Shown here piece after piece: positions 29,682-39,226 of a stretch of DNA of 64,000 bases. The translations under genes were made by a program, and so were the position numbers. Position 1 is the stretch's first letter. Each line of letters begins with the position of its first letter. Source of the DNA: Candidatus Eiseniibacteriota bacterium (GTDB lineage: Bacteria > Eisenbacteria > RBG-16-71-46); assembly GCA_963707915.1 (NCBI GenBank), contig OY970178.1:1664001-1728000 (forward strand). Reading direction: 5' to 3'. Under the pieces are notes generated by a model, which was not told the origin of the DNA, did no database searches, and saw only the letters and a list, made by a program, of their open reading frames with translations.

Positions 29682-30482
29682 TCAGGGTCCTGTCGGGGCG
29701 GCCTGCATCGCCCCCACGAAGGAGGTCACGCTGCCGGGGAGCTGGTGCACCCACCCCTCGATGCTGGTGGCCAGGAAGGGCAGGGCCGCGCCGGCCATGA
29801 CCAGGCCGACCGCGATCGAGACCGGGAACGAGATCATCATCGCGTTGATCTGCGGCACGGCGCGGCTGAGGAGCGCGACCGACATCTCCGCGAGCAGCAG
29901 GGTCACCATGACCGGGGCAGCGGCGCTCACCGCGCAGCGGAACACGGCCTTCGCGGCCAGCACGGCGCCCTGGCCGCCGGCCAGGTCCATGGGCGACCCG
30001 GGCGGCAGGGTCTGGAGGCTGTCCGCCAGCCCGCGCAGCAGCATGAGGTGGCCGCCGATACCCACGTAGATGAGCAGCACGAGGTTGCTCAGGATCAGCC
30101 CCATGCCCGAGACCTGCAGGTCGGGCATCGGCGCGAGCTGGGGCGCGAGCGACAGCCCCATCTGCAGCGAGATGATCTCGCCCGCCAGCGCGACGCCCTG
30201 CACGAGGATGCCCGCGGTGAGCCCGATGACGATCCCCACGACCATCTCGAGCGCGAACGGCAGCGGCAGCGCGAGCAGTTCGTCGGGGATCCGGGTGGCG
30301 GGCACCGACGGCAGCAGCACGACCGAGAGCACGACCGTGATGGCCGCGCGCGCACGGTTCGGCAGGTTCGTCATGGACCAGAGCGGCGCCGTGAACATCA
30401 GCCCGGAGAGCCGCGCCGAGACCAGCGCGAAGGCGGGCCAGCGCCCGGGAGCGAGCACCTCGGTGAGCAGGTCGGGGATCAT
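29682..30482 (-). CDS. fliR: export protein FliR
   Basis: Polytopic; AGEIISLQMGL, GGHLMLL, LSRAVPQIN..ISFP. Confidence 0.94.
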   Translation of the reverse strand: MIPDLLTEVLAPGRWPAFALVSARLSGLMFTAPLWSMTNLPNRARAAITVVLSVVLLPSVPATRIPDELLALPLPFALEMVVGIVIGLTAGILVQGVALAGEIISLQMGLSLAPQLAPMPDLQVSGMGLILSNLVLLIYVGIGGHLMLLRGLADSLQTLPPGSPMDLAGGQGAVLAAKAVFRCAVSAAAPVMVTLLLAEMSVALLSRAVPQINAMMISFPVSIAVGLVMAGAALPFLATSIEGWVHQLPGSVTSFVGAMQAAPTGP

Positions 30483-30748
30483 GAGGCCAGCGTCGGGAAG
30501 CTCTGCAGCACGCCGACCAGGTACTGGACGAGCTGGGAGAGCGACCACGGCAGGAAGATCACGAAGATGGCCGCCATCGCGAGCAGCTTCGGGATGAAGG
30601 TCAGGGTCTGCTCCTGGATCTGCGTCACGGCCTGGATCAGGCTCACCAGGATGCCCACGACCAGCGAGGTGAGGAGCAGCGGGGCCGCCACCAGCAGGGT
30701 CACCCCGAGGGCCTGGCGGATGAGCTCCACGGCGAGGGAGGAGGACAT
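30479..30748 (-). CDS. fliQ: export protein FliQ
   Basis: MSSSLAVELIRQAL...GILVSLIQAVTQIQEQTLTFIPK. Confidence 0.95.
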   Translation of the reverse strand: MSSSLAVELIRQALGVTLLVAAPLLLTSLVVGILVSLIQAVTQIQEQTLTFIPKLLAMAAIFVIFLPWSLSQLVQYLVGVLQSFPTLAS

Positions 30749-30753
30749 GCGGC

Positions 30754-31975
30754 CTACCGGAAGCTCGCGACGAGGTTCTGGACCACCAGCGTCCAGCCGT
30801 CGGCGAGCACGAAGAGGAGCAGCTTGAGCGGGAGCGAGATCATCACCGGCGGCAGCATGAACATGCCGAGGCTCATGAGCACCGAGGCCACGATGATGTC
30901 CACGACGACGAAGGGCAGGAAGATGACGAAGCCCATCTGGAACGACGGTGCGCAGCTCGCTGGTCACGAACGCCGAGACCACGACGAAGATGGGCAACTC
31001 CTCGACCGACTTGGCGTCCGAGGCGTGGCTCAGCTCGGTGAACAGGGTCAGGTCCTGCTCGCGCGTGTTCGCCAGCATGAACTCGCGGAACGGCTTGACG
31101 CCCTGCTCGTAGGCCTGGACCTGGGTCATCTGCCCGCCGAGGTAGGGCTGCAGCGCCTCCCGGTTCGCCTTCTGGAGCACGGGGTTCATGACCACGCCGG
31201 TGAGCAGCACGGTGAGGGCCACGAGCAGCTGGTTCGGCGGAACGGTCTGGGTGCCGAGCGCGGACCGCAGGAAATGCAGCACGATCAGGATGCGCGTGAA
31301 GCTGGTCATGAGCAGGAACATCGCCGGCAGCAGGGTGAGCACGCCGATGAACACGACCAGGCCGACCGCCCCCGACAACTGCAGGGCGTCCTTCCCCTCG
31401 CCCACGCGGATGTCCACGCGGGGGGCCGCCGAGCCGCCGAACATGCCGGCGGCCGCGCCCGCCGCCGGCCCACGCGCCGCGGGCGCCGGGATGGCGGTGG
31501 ACACGGCCGCGCGCTTCACGGCCGGCCGGGCCGTCGGCGCCGGTGCGGCGGCGGCCGCGCGCGGCGGCGTGGTGCGCGATGGCGCCTGGGCGTGCGCCGC
31601 CAGCGGGGCGGCGAGCAGCATCAGCACGAGCGCGGCGCGCCCCAGGAACGGCAGCCGCCACGGCCGGGTGAGCGACGCGGGGAGCCGCTCGGGCCCGGCT
31701 TCCAGCAGCCGGTCGCGCGCGGGCCCTTCGAGCTCGGTCAGCAAGCGGGTCCCGCCCTCGGCCAGGGAGACCACCAGCACGCGGTCGGCGACCTGCACGA
31801 CCGCGAGACCCTGCCGGGGCCCCAGGGGAACGCGCTGGAGGACGCGCAGGGGGACGCCGCGGCCGGACGGGGGAACGCCGCCCTGCATGCGCTGGACCAG
31901 TCGGAGCGCGAGCACGAGCACGCCGATCGTGGCGGCCAGGGCGCCGAGCACCCCGATGAACCCGGTGCCGATCAC
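30754..31975 (-). CDS. fliP: FliO-FliP fusion protein (frameshift near 30945)
   Basis: FliO-like N-terminus (TM + [27 protein letters not shown]) in frame with FliP ([48 protein letters not shown]). Confidence 0.9.
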
Positions 31976-32304
31976 GCGGCGCTCTCGACGCCCTGGTTCG
32001 CCAGCACGCGGGTGATGCGCACGCCGAAGTACTCGCCCACGACCACGACTTCGCCCTGCGCCAGTCGCCGGTCGCTCACGTAGATGTCGACGGGCTCGCC
32101 CACGATGCGGTCGAGCTGGATGACCGATCCGGCACCGAGCTGCAGGACTTCCTGGACCGTCATCTGCGCGCGCCCGATCTCGATCACGATGGGCATCGAG
32201 ACGTCGAGCAGCGCGTCCAGCGTCGCCGCGCCATCGGCGCGGCCCGCCGGAGCGAGGTCCTGCGCGGACGGCTCCGGGGCGTTCTGGGATTCGACTGGGC
32301 TCAT
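31972..32304 (-). CDS. fliN: switch protein FliN
   Basis: LLDVSMPIVIEIGR...GSVIQLDRIVGEPVDI...GEVVVVGEYFGVRIT. Confidence 0.95.
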   Translation of the reverse strand: MSPVESQNAPEPSAQDLAPAGRADGAATLDALLDVSMPIVIEIGRAQMTVQEVLQLGAGSVIQLDRIVGEPVDIYVSDRRLAQGEVVVVGEYFGVRITRVLANQGVESAA

Positions 32305-33323
32305 AGCACTCTCCCCTGCCGGTCGTGTTCCGACCGCTCGGTGACCGAGGTGGTGACGGGTTGCGTGATGCGGACACAGACTCGCCGGCGCTGCTGGCCC
32401 ATGGAGCCCAGGTAGCTGACCCGGCTGTTGACGAGGATCTCGGCGGGCGCGTCGAGCAGCAGGCCGGTGCGGATGACCTGCCCGGCCTGGAGGTCGTTGA
32501 CCTCGCGGGCGCTGAGACGGAACACGGGCAGGCGGGTCTGCACCATCAGCTGGGCGGTCTTGAGGCTGGCCTCGACGAGGGCGCGGGCGCCGCTCACGTC
32601 GACCCCCCCGTTGCGGGACTGGAGCTGCCGGGCGGCCTGCCGGTTCTGCAGGGACTGCTCGATGATGCCCATCGGCAGGCAGATGGTGATGAAGCCGCTG
32701 AAACCGCCGGTGCGCATCTCGAAGGTCATCACCAGGACGGTGTCCTCGCGGCTGGTGATCTGCAGCATGTCGGGGATGGCCTCGAACAGGACCACCTCGG
32801 GGTTCATCTCGAGCTGGCCCTGCCAGGCGTCGCGCAGCAGGCCGACCCCGCGGTCGGCCATGCCCCGCACGACCGTCTGCTCGAGCGGGGTGAGGCTGCG
32901 GCGGATCTCGCACGGCTCGCCCGGACCGCCGAACATCCGGTCCACCAGGTGGTAGGCGACGTCCGTGCTGAAATCGATGACCCCCTGGCTTCCCAGCCGG
33001 TCGCCGATCTTGAACACGTAGGCGGCGCAGGGCGAGGCCAGGGAGAGGATGAACTCCGAGAAGTTGGCCTGCTCGACGCTGCTCAGCACCAGGTCGATCG
33101 GCGTGCGCAGGCGCGAGGTCAGCATCGCCTGCATGGAGAGCGCGAACCGCGTGTGGATCGACTCCAGCGTGGAGCGGCGGTCCTTGTTGACCCGCGGCGG
33201 CCTCATGAAGTTGTAGGCGACGACCTCGGCCTCGGCGACCGGCTCGGCCGTCTCGGACGGGCTGAGCGAGGCCGTGCCGCAGAGGAGGAGGTCGATGTCC
33301 TTCTGGGTGAGCGTCTGCGACAT
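32301..33323 (-). CDS. fliM: switch protein FliM
   Basis: LTQKDIDLLL CheY-binding motif, YNFMRPPRV, VDRMFGGPG, C-terminal SpoA domain. Confidence 0.94.
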   Translation of the reverse strand: MSQTLTQKDIDLLLCGTASLSPSETAEPVAEAEVVAYNFMRPPRVNKDRRSTLESIHTRFALSMQAMLTSRLRTPIDLVLSSVEQANFSEFILSLASPCAAYVFKIGDRLGSQGVIDFSTDVAYHLVDRMFGGPGEPCEIRRSLTPLEQTVVRGMADRGVGLLRDAWQGQLEMNPEVVLFEAIPDMLQITSREDTVLVMTFEMRTGGFSGFITICLPMGIIEQSLQNRQAARQLQSRNGGVDVSGARALVEASLKTAQLMVQTRLPVFRLSAREVNDLQAGQVIRTGLLLDAPAEILVNSRVSYLGSMGQQRRRVCVRITQPVTTSVTERSEHDRQGRVL

Positions 33324-33331
33324 CGTGGCCC

Positions 33332-34141
33332 CTACTGGAGGACGAACTGCGGAAGGTAGACGTGCAGCGGCTTGCCACCGGGCACCAGCGGCTTGATGGC
33401 CACGGCGAGCTGCCGCTTGATGGCGTCGCGCGACCCGGGGGCCGAGAGCATCTCCAGCGTCTGGCTCTCGAGCGTGGTGATCACGGCGTCACGGATCTGG
33501 ATCTCCCTCTCGCGCAGCGCCACGACCGCCTTCTCGTCGTTCAGTTCGAAGGCCACGCTGGCCATGAGGAAGCGGGTGCCGGCGGAGCCGGCGGGGTTCA
33601 CGACGATGTTGTCGATGCTGTAGATGGCCGCCCTCTCGCCCCCGCCCTTCTTCTCCCCGCCCTTCTTGCCTTCGCGCTCCTGCGCCTCGCCGCCGCCTTC
33701 CGCGTTCCCGGCGTTCTCGGCCAGGGCCGGGGCCGCCGGACGGGCGTTCCGCGCCGCGATGACCCGCGGCGCGATCAGCAGGCTCCCGAGCAGCGCGCCG
33801 GCGACGATCGCGACCACGATGGTGCCCGCCAGGATGGCGGCCTCAGGGACCTTGAAGGGCTTGGCGGGGGCCTTCTCCGCGCCCGGCTCCTTGCCCTTCT
33901 TGTCCTTCTTCTCGTCCTTGTCCTTCTTCTCGTCCTTGTCCTTCTTCTCGTCCTTGTCCTTCTTCTTGTCCTTGTCCTTCTTCTTGTCCTTCCGGGCGTC
34001 GTCGTCCTTGCCGGCGGTCCCGCCCTCGTCCGGGTTCGCGTCCTCACCCCTGGCCGGCGCCTTGGCCTCGGCCGGACCCGGGGCGGGTCCCGCGGCCCCG
34101 CCCGCGGCCGTCTTCACGTCCTTCTCAAGCGCATCGCTCAT
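33332..34141 (-). CDS. fliL: FliL with long charged N-terminal extension
   Basis: TM, then IVVNPAGSAGTRFL...IRDAVI...VYLPQFVLQ. Confidence 0.93.
   Translation of the reverse strand: MSDALEKDVKTAAGGAAGPAPGPAEAKAPARGEDANPDEGGTAGKDDDARKDKKKDKDKKKDKDEKKDKDEKKDKDEKKDKKGKEPGAEKAPAKPFKVPEAAILAGTIVVAIVAGALLGSLLIAPRVIAARNARPAAPALAENAGNAEGGGEAQEREGKKGGEKKGGGERAAIYSIDNIVVNPAGSAGTRFLMASVAFELNDEKAVVALREREIQIRDAVITTLESQTLEMLSAPGSRDAIKRQLAVAIKPLVPGGKPLHVYLPQFVLQ
33900..33989. repeat. 18-bp tandem repeat x5 inside fliL encoding D(E/K)KKDK
   Basis: TTGTCCTTCTTCTCGTCC x3 followed by TTGTCCTTCTTCTTGTCC x2. Confidence 0.95.
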
Positions 34142-34214
34142 CGCAATCCTCGCGTCCGGATCCGTCTCGGTGGGGATCGCCGGGAGAAGTCCCGGAAGTC
34201 CGCGCTTGCATTGA

Positions 34215-34229
34215 GCAACGGCCGTACCA
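34215..34229 (-). promoter_or_regulatory. sigma-54 promoter of the fliL operon
   Basis: TGGTACGGCCGTTGC. Confidence 0.85.
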
Positions 34230-34472
34230 ACATGTCCGGCACGAACGACCGCCCGGAACGGCGTGGGGGCCCGGCGGGCGGAATCGTCTATCTCGCGCGT
34301 GGGACGGTGTTTGCGGGGGAGGCGTCGTCGCGGGGGTCGGGGCGGGGCGGAACCGGCGGCCCGGGCGGGGAACGGCGGCCGGGGCCGGGCGGAAAAGTCT
34401 TCCCGGGAAGCGGCGGGCGCTGCCGGAAGGCGCCGCCCCCTCGCGGGGACGGCGCCACCGGTGAGGCCGGGA

Positions 34473-35723
34473 CTAGCCGCGCAGGTTCACCAGTTCGTTC
34501 AGCATCTGGTCGGCGGTGGTGATCACCCGCGCGTTCGCCTGGAAGCCGCGCTGCGCGACGATCATGTTGGTGAACTCCTGCGAGATGTCCACGTTCGAGG
34601 TCTCGAGCGCGCCCGGCGTCAGGGTCGAGCGGCTGGTGCCGCCGGCGAAGCCGACGACGCCCGTGCCCGAGTTCGCGGACTCCTCGTAGATGTTGTCGCC
34701 GGAGCGCAGCAGGCCCCCGGGGTTGTTGAAGGTGGCCAGCGCGATCTGCGCGAGGTTGCGGGTGACGCCGTTGCTGAAGAAGCCGGCGATGACGCCCTTG
34801 TTGTCCACGCTGATGTTGACCAGGTCGCCCGCCTGGTAGCCGTTCTGGCTGTTCACCACGGCGTTCGACGGGTTGGTGAACCCGGACAGGCCGTCGATGT
34901 TGTTGATGCTGCCGGGATTGATGGAGATGGCGAACGGCGCTCCCGAACCCGGGGTGAGCGTCAGCGCCGTCGCGCCGCCGGGGAAGGTGAAGGTGGACAG
35001 GCTGCCGTTGACGCCGAAGGTGGCGGTGCCAGTGCCGGCCGGAGCGATCGTGGCGGTGGCGCAGGTGGCGGCCCACGACCACGTGCCGGGGCCGGTGTTC
35101 GTGAAGGTGATGTCCAGCTGGTGTCCGTTGCCGGTGACGTCGAAGACGTTGATGCCCATGTGGTGGACGTCGCCGATGGCGGCGCTCGCATCGAGATTGC
35201 CGGTCAGCGAGATCATGCTGGTGGCCGACGCGGGGGCCTTGTCGCCGAGGCGGATCTGGACGTCGCCGATGGCGTTCGTCGTGGTGAAGTTGCCGCTCGA
35301 ATCGGCGTTGATGCCCTGCACCACGTACCCCGAGCTGGGCGAGATGAGCCGGCCGTCCGCATCGAGCTGCAGGTTGCCCGCGCGCGAATAGACGCGCCGG
35401 TCCCCGCTGTGGAGCACGAACATGGCGTCGCCCTGGATGGCCAGGTCGAGCGGCTGCCCCGTGGTCTCGAGGCTGCCCTGCGTGAAGAGCTGGTCGATGC
35501 TGCCGACGTTCATGCCGCTGCCGACCTGGATCGGGTTGATGCCGCCGAGGTTGCCGGACGGCCGCGAGGCGCCCTCGATCAGCTGGGCGAAGGCCTCCTT
35601 GAAGGTGACCCGCGAGGCCTTGAAGCCGATCGTGTTGACGTTGGCGATGTTGTTGCCGATCACGTCCATCCGGGTCTGGTGATTGCGCAGGCCCGAGACG
35701 CCGGCGAAGAGTGCGCGCATCAT
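34473..35723 (-). CDS. flgE: hook protein FlgE
   Basis: MMRALFAGVSGL...MDVIGNNIANVNTIGFK; LETSNVDISQEFTNMIVAQRGFQANAR. Confidence 0.97.
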   Translation of the reverse strand: MMRALFAGVSGLRNHQTRMDVIGNNIANVNTIGFKASRVTFKEAFAQLIEGASRPSGNLGGINPIQVGSGMNVGSIDQLFTQGSLETTGQPLDLAIQGDAMFVLHSGDRRVYSRAGNLQLDADGRLISPSSGYVVQGINADSSGNFTTTNAIGDVQIRLGDKAPASATSMISLTGNLDASAAIGDVHHMGINVFDVTGNGHQLDITFTNTGPGTWSWAATCATATIAPAGTGTATFGVNGSLSTFTFPGGATALTLTPGSGAPFAISINPGSINNIDGLSGFTNPSNAVVNSQNGYQAGDLVNISVDNKGVIAGFFSNGVTRNLAQIALATFNNPGGLLRSGDNIYEESANSGTGVVGFAGGTSRSTLTPGALETSNVDISQEFTNMIVAQRGFQANARVITTADQMLNELVNLRG

Positions 35724-35840
35724 AGGTCAAAGTTCTCCTGGTTGAGGTCGAACCACTTCGAATCGGTGACGGGAAGCATCGGGACGATCTCGGTTCTCAC
35801 GGGAATCCCTCCTGCCGCGCGGAGCGCCGTGGGGGCAGCA

Positions 35841-36527
35841 TCAGGGGCCCGCCGCGACCACGGTCGGCACGGACTCCGGTTCGATCTCGGCCAGGTCGTC
35901 CAGTGCGACCTCCATGCCGCCGATGCGCAGCACGATCTGGCCGTTCTTGAAGGTGACGCCGTCCACGATCCCCCGGGTGAAGGTGGCGACCGGGACCGCG
36001 GCGTCCTTGGGCCCGGTGACCGTCAGCTCGTAGCGATAGGTTCCCGCCGGCAGGTCCGCCGGCAGCGTGAGGGTCTGCCGGCCCGCCGGGACCACGCCGA
36101 GCTCGCGGGTGGTCACCTCCCTGCCGGTCGAGTCGAGCAGGCGCAGCTTCGCCTGTCCGCCGCCCGCGCCGATCTCGACGCGGATCTGCGCGGCGCCCGT
36201 CGCCGGGACCTGCAGCTGGTTCCCCTCGCCGATCACGCGCCGCCCGATGAGCGTGGCGCTCAGCGAGGTCTTGCTCAGCAGCGTGGCCTCCCGCAGGCTG
36301 AGTTCCTGCGAGGTGACCGCCTCGTTGAGCTGCGTGAGCTGCTCGACGCTGGTGAACTGCGCCAGCTGGGCCGCCAGCTGCGAGGAGTCCTGCGGGTTCA
36401 TGGGATCCTGGTTCTTCAGCTGCGTGACGAGCAGCGTCATGAACGCGTCCTTGTCGAGGCTCTGCTTCGGGGCCGTGGCGCCCGCCGCGGCGCCGAACAG
36501 CGCGTAGTTCGTGACCGGGTTGATCAT
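35841..36527 (-). CDS. flgD: hook cap FlgD
   Basis: LDKDAFMTLLVTQLKNQDPMNP...AQLAQFTSVEQL. Confidence 0.97.
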   Translation of the reverse strand: MINPVTNYALFGAAAGATAPKQSLDKDAFMTLLVTQLKNQDPMNPQDSSQLAAQLAQFTSVEQLTQLNEAVTSQELSLREATLLSKTSLSATLIGRRVIGEGNQLQVPATGAAQIRVEIGAGGGQAKLRLLDSTGREVTTRELGVVPAGRQTLTLPADLPAGTYRYELTVTGPKDAAVPVATFTRGIVDGVTFKNGQIVLRIGGMEVALDDLAEIEPESVPTVVAAGP

Positions 36528-36534
36528 GTCGTGC

Positions 36535-38223
36535 CTACCTTTCTGTCCGCTGGCGCGACGGGCGCCGGTCCGGACGTTCCTCGGGTGAGGCGGAATGCCG
36601 TTCCTGGCGCGAGGGCGACTGCCGGTCGCGACCCTCGCCGCGTGGCGGGGCGTCGCCCTGGCCCCCGTCCCGCGGGAGGTTGCCGGGCGCGGAGCCTTCG
36701 CTCCGCGCCGTCTGCTGCACGCTCAGGCGCGCGTCGGAGAAGCCGCGATCGAGCAGGGCGCGCTGCAGCCCGTCGAGCCCGCGCGAGAACCGCTCGGCCG
36801 CGACCGGGTCGTCCGCCAGGATGGTGGCGCGCACGTTCGGTCCCCGCACCGCGACCCGCAGCCGTCCCTCGAGACCGTCCTCGCCGCTGAAGTGCAGCGT
36901 GACCTGGTCGCCGAGGCGCGCCGGCGTGTGCGTCTCCGGGGCGGTCGCCGCGGCCCGCGCCGGCCCGGCGGGCGAGGCCACCGAGACCGCCGACGGGCGG
37001 ACTTCCGGCAAGGCCGGCGAGCCCGGGCCCGCGGTCGCGGGGACGGACTCGTCCGGCCGGGCGGCGCGCGCCGCCGCGGAGGCATCCGCCAGCATGGCTC
37101 CGGCGGCCCGCGTACGGCCTTCGCCGTCCCGCGCCGCCGGGTGCGGCCGGTCTCGGCCCGGCTCGCCCACCGCGGGCGCCGGCGCCGGCATCGCCTGCGC
37201 CAGGACCACCGGTGGCGGGGCCGGCCCGCTCCGCGGGACCGGCGCCGGCGCTGCGGCCGGCACCGCGGTCCGCGGCGGCAGGGCGGTCCGCGCCTGGACC
37301 GCTTCGTCCTGTACCGCATCACGGCCCTGCGCCGCGTCACGGCCCGGCGCCACGGCCTCGGGCGCGGGGCGCGGGGCGTTGCGCGCCGCGGAGCGCCCGC
37401 GATCGGGCCCGCCCGGCCCGGGCAACGCTTCGAGCGCCCGGGTCGCGACGACCTGGCGGGACGCCTCCCGTGACTGCCACGGCGCGCTCCAGGAGCGGTC
37501 CTCCGGCGGCGCGCCCTCGAGCGCGGCGCCCTGCGGCGAGCCGGCGGACAGCGCCGTGTCGAGCGCGGTCCGGGCGGCCCGTTCGGTCATGCCGCGCACC
37601 AGCTCGAGCACGCGGATGGTCAGCGGCAGGTCGGCCGCCGGCAGCGGCGCCACGCGCGCGGCCTGCGGCGCCTCCGGGTTCGCCGGGGGCGCCAACGGGG
37701 CGGCCGGCGCGATGTCGGGCACGGGTCGAGCCGGTACGACGGGGGGCTCCCCTTCGAATTCCGCGGCCGCGACGGCGTTCGCCGCGGGTGACGGGAGCGG
37801 CGCCCGGGTCGCAGGCGGAGCCGGCGCGGCGGGAGGCGCGGTCTCCGCGCGATCGATGGCGACGGACCGTTCGGTCGCCGGCGGCAGCGGTGGGCGCACG
37901 GGCCCGGCCAGCGGCGCCGGACGCGGCACGGACGCCAGGGGCACGGGCCACCGGCCCGGCGCCGGCGCGTCCGCCGGCTCACCGGCGAGCGCGGGAACCA
38001 GCTCGGTGGCCGGGAGATCACCGGCGTCACCGGCGACCAGCGGAACCGGCGCCGGAACGGGCGCCACCGGAGGAGCGGCCGGGGGCGGGGACTGGGCTGC
38101 AGCCGCCATCGCCAGCGCCAGGCCGAACTCGGCGGAGTCGGCAGCGCCGATGACCCCGGGCGTCGGGCTCTCGCCTCTCGGCTCGGACGGAACGTCTACG
38201 GAGAGACCGGCGATGGCGTTCAT
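36535..38223 (-). CDS. fliK: hook-length control protein FliK
   Basis: MNAIAGL start overlapping the upstream stop; long Pro/Ala-rich region; C-terminal QVTLHF..GRLRVAVRG..V...LQRALLDRGF; located before flgD. Confidence 0.8.
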   Translation of the reverse strand: MNAIAGLSVDVPSEPRGESPTPGVIGAADSAEFGLALAMAAAAQSPPPAAPPVAPVPAPVPLVAGDAGDLPATELVPALAGEPADAPAPGRWPVPLASVPRPAPLAGPVRPPLPPATERSVAIDRAETAPPAAPAPPATRAPLPSPAANAVAAAEFEGEPPVVPARPVPDIAPAAPLAPPANPEAPQAARVAPLPAADLPLTIRVLELVRGMTERAARTALDTALSAGSPQGAALEGAPPEDRSWSAPWQSREASRQVVATRALEALPGPGGPDRGRSAARNAPRPAPEAVAPGRDAAQGRDAVQDEAVQARTALPPRTAVPAAAPAPVPRSGPAPPPVVLAQAMPAPAPAVGEPGRDRPHPAARDGEGRTRAAGAMLADASAAARAARPDESVPATAGPGSPALPEVRPSAVSVASPAGPARAAATAPETHTPARLGDQVTLHFSGEDGLEGRLRVAVRGPNVRATILADDPVAAERFSRGLDGLQRALLDRGFSDARLSVQQTARSEGSAPGNLPRDGGQGDAPPRGEGRDRQSPSRQERHSASPEERPDRRPSRQRTER

Positions 38224-38777
38224 TTCTTCTTCTCCCGTGGTCCACGATCGATGAGGCGCTGGCTGAGATTCGCGGCCCGTTCGGCCGGCACCTGCGCCAG
38301 CAGCACCGCCGCCGGCCGGGGTCCCAGTTGCGCGAGGATGCCTTCGACGTTGTCGTCGCTCATGCGCGCCAGGATCGGCCCGACCTCGGTCGCCTTCATG
38401 TTGACGAGGATCTTCGCGACGTCGGAGTACGACCGGGCCTCGATGCGGACGGGCCCGACCGCCGCCGCCGTCAGGCGCAGGGGCGCCGCGGCGGGCGCGG
38501 GCGGCTGGAGCGCGGGCGCGGCGACCGTCGCCTCGGCGGCCCCCGCCGCCGGAGGCTGCGCGGGCGCGGGCGCCGCGGGCGGCGGCGTGGCCGGACGGCT
38601 CGAGTCCGCCACGGCATGCGCGGCGGGCGCCGCGGACGCCGTGGCGGTGTCGCCGGGTGCGGCCTCGGCATGCGCCGGCGCCGGGGCGGGCCGCACGGGA
38701 GTCATCAGGACCGGGACGAGCGTGGCGGCGAGCAGGGCGGCGACGAACGCCGCGGCGCCGATGATCGCGAGCTTCAC
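38220..38777 (-). CDS. MotE/YlxF-like (MgtE-N-like) flagellar protein
   Basis: N-terminal TM; VAKILVNMKATEVGPILARM...ILAQLGPRPAAVLLAQVPAERAA; follows fliJ. Confidence 0.75.
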   Translation of the reverse strand: MKLAIIGAAAFVAALLAATLVPVLMTPVRPAPAPAHAEAAPGDTATASAAPAAHAVADSSRPATPPPAAPAPAQPPAAGAAEATVAAPALQPPAPAAAPLRLTAAAVGPVRIEARSYSDVAKILVNMKATEVGPILARMSDDNVEGILAQLGPRPAAVLLAQVPAERAANLSQRLIDRGPREKKK

Positions 38778-39226
38778 TGGGCCCCGCCGCTGGCGCTGCG
38801 CCGGTTGCGCGCGACGCCGTCGATCTCGCTCTGCTCGTCACGCGAAGCCTCTTCGGTCCAGGCCGCGTGGCGCTTCTCGCGCAGCCGTTCCACGACCCGG
38901 CGCTCCACCCGCGCCCGGCTGAAGAGCTCGCGTTCCTGGCGCATCTGGTCGATCGCCGCCTGGTGCGAGAGCGCGGCCGAGTCCACCTCGCGCATCGCGG
39001 CCTCGATGGCGAGACGAAGGTTGTTGAGGGCGCCCGCGGTCGCCACGTTGTCGAGCACGCCGGCGATCTGCTCGCCGCAGTTGCCGAGCCGCTCGCTGGC
39101 GTCCTCGAGCGCCTGCCGCTGCGTCTCCTCCTTGCGCATCGCCTGGCCGAGGGCCTGCGCCCGTTCACGCTCCGCCGTGGAGCGGAGCTCGAGCAGGCGT
39201 TCGAGGCGGAAGACGAATCCCTTCAT
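38774..39226 (-). CDS. fliJ: export chaperone FliJ
   Basis: MKGFVFRLERLLELR...ERRVVERLREK...EQSEIDG. Confidence 0.92.
   Translation of the reverse strand: MKGFVFRLERLLELRSTAERERAQALGQAMRKEETQRQALEDASERLGNCGEQIAGVLDNVATAGALNNLRLAIEAAMREVDSAALSHQAAIDQMRQERELFSRARVERRVVERLREKRHAAWTEEASRDEQSEIDGVARNRRSASGGAQ

Noticed and set aside
35724..35840. Structured RNA or riboswitch in the flgD-flgE spacer
   Set aside because: Only short stems are visible and no recognisable c-di-GMP riboswitch motif was found. It cannot be supported without covariance analysis.
36535..38223. Pro/Ala-rich low-complexity region as a novel repeat protein
   Set aside because: Its position before flgD and its C-terminal domain fit an ordinary FliK ruler.
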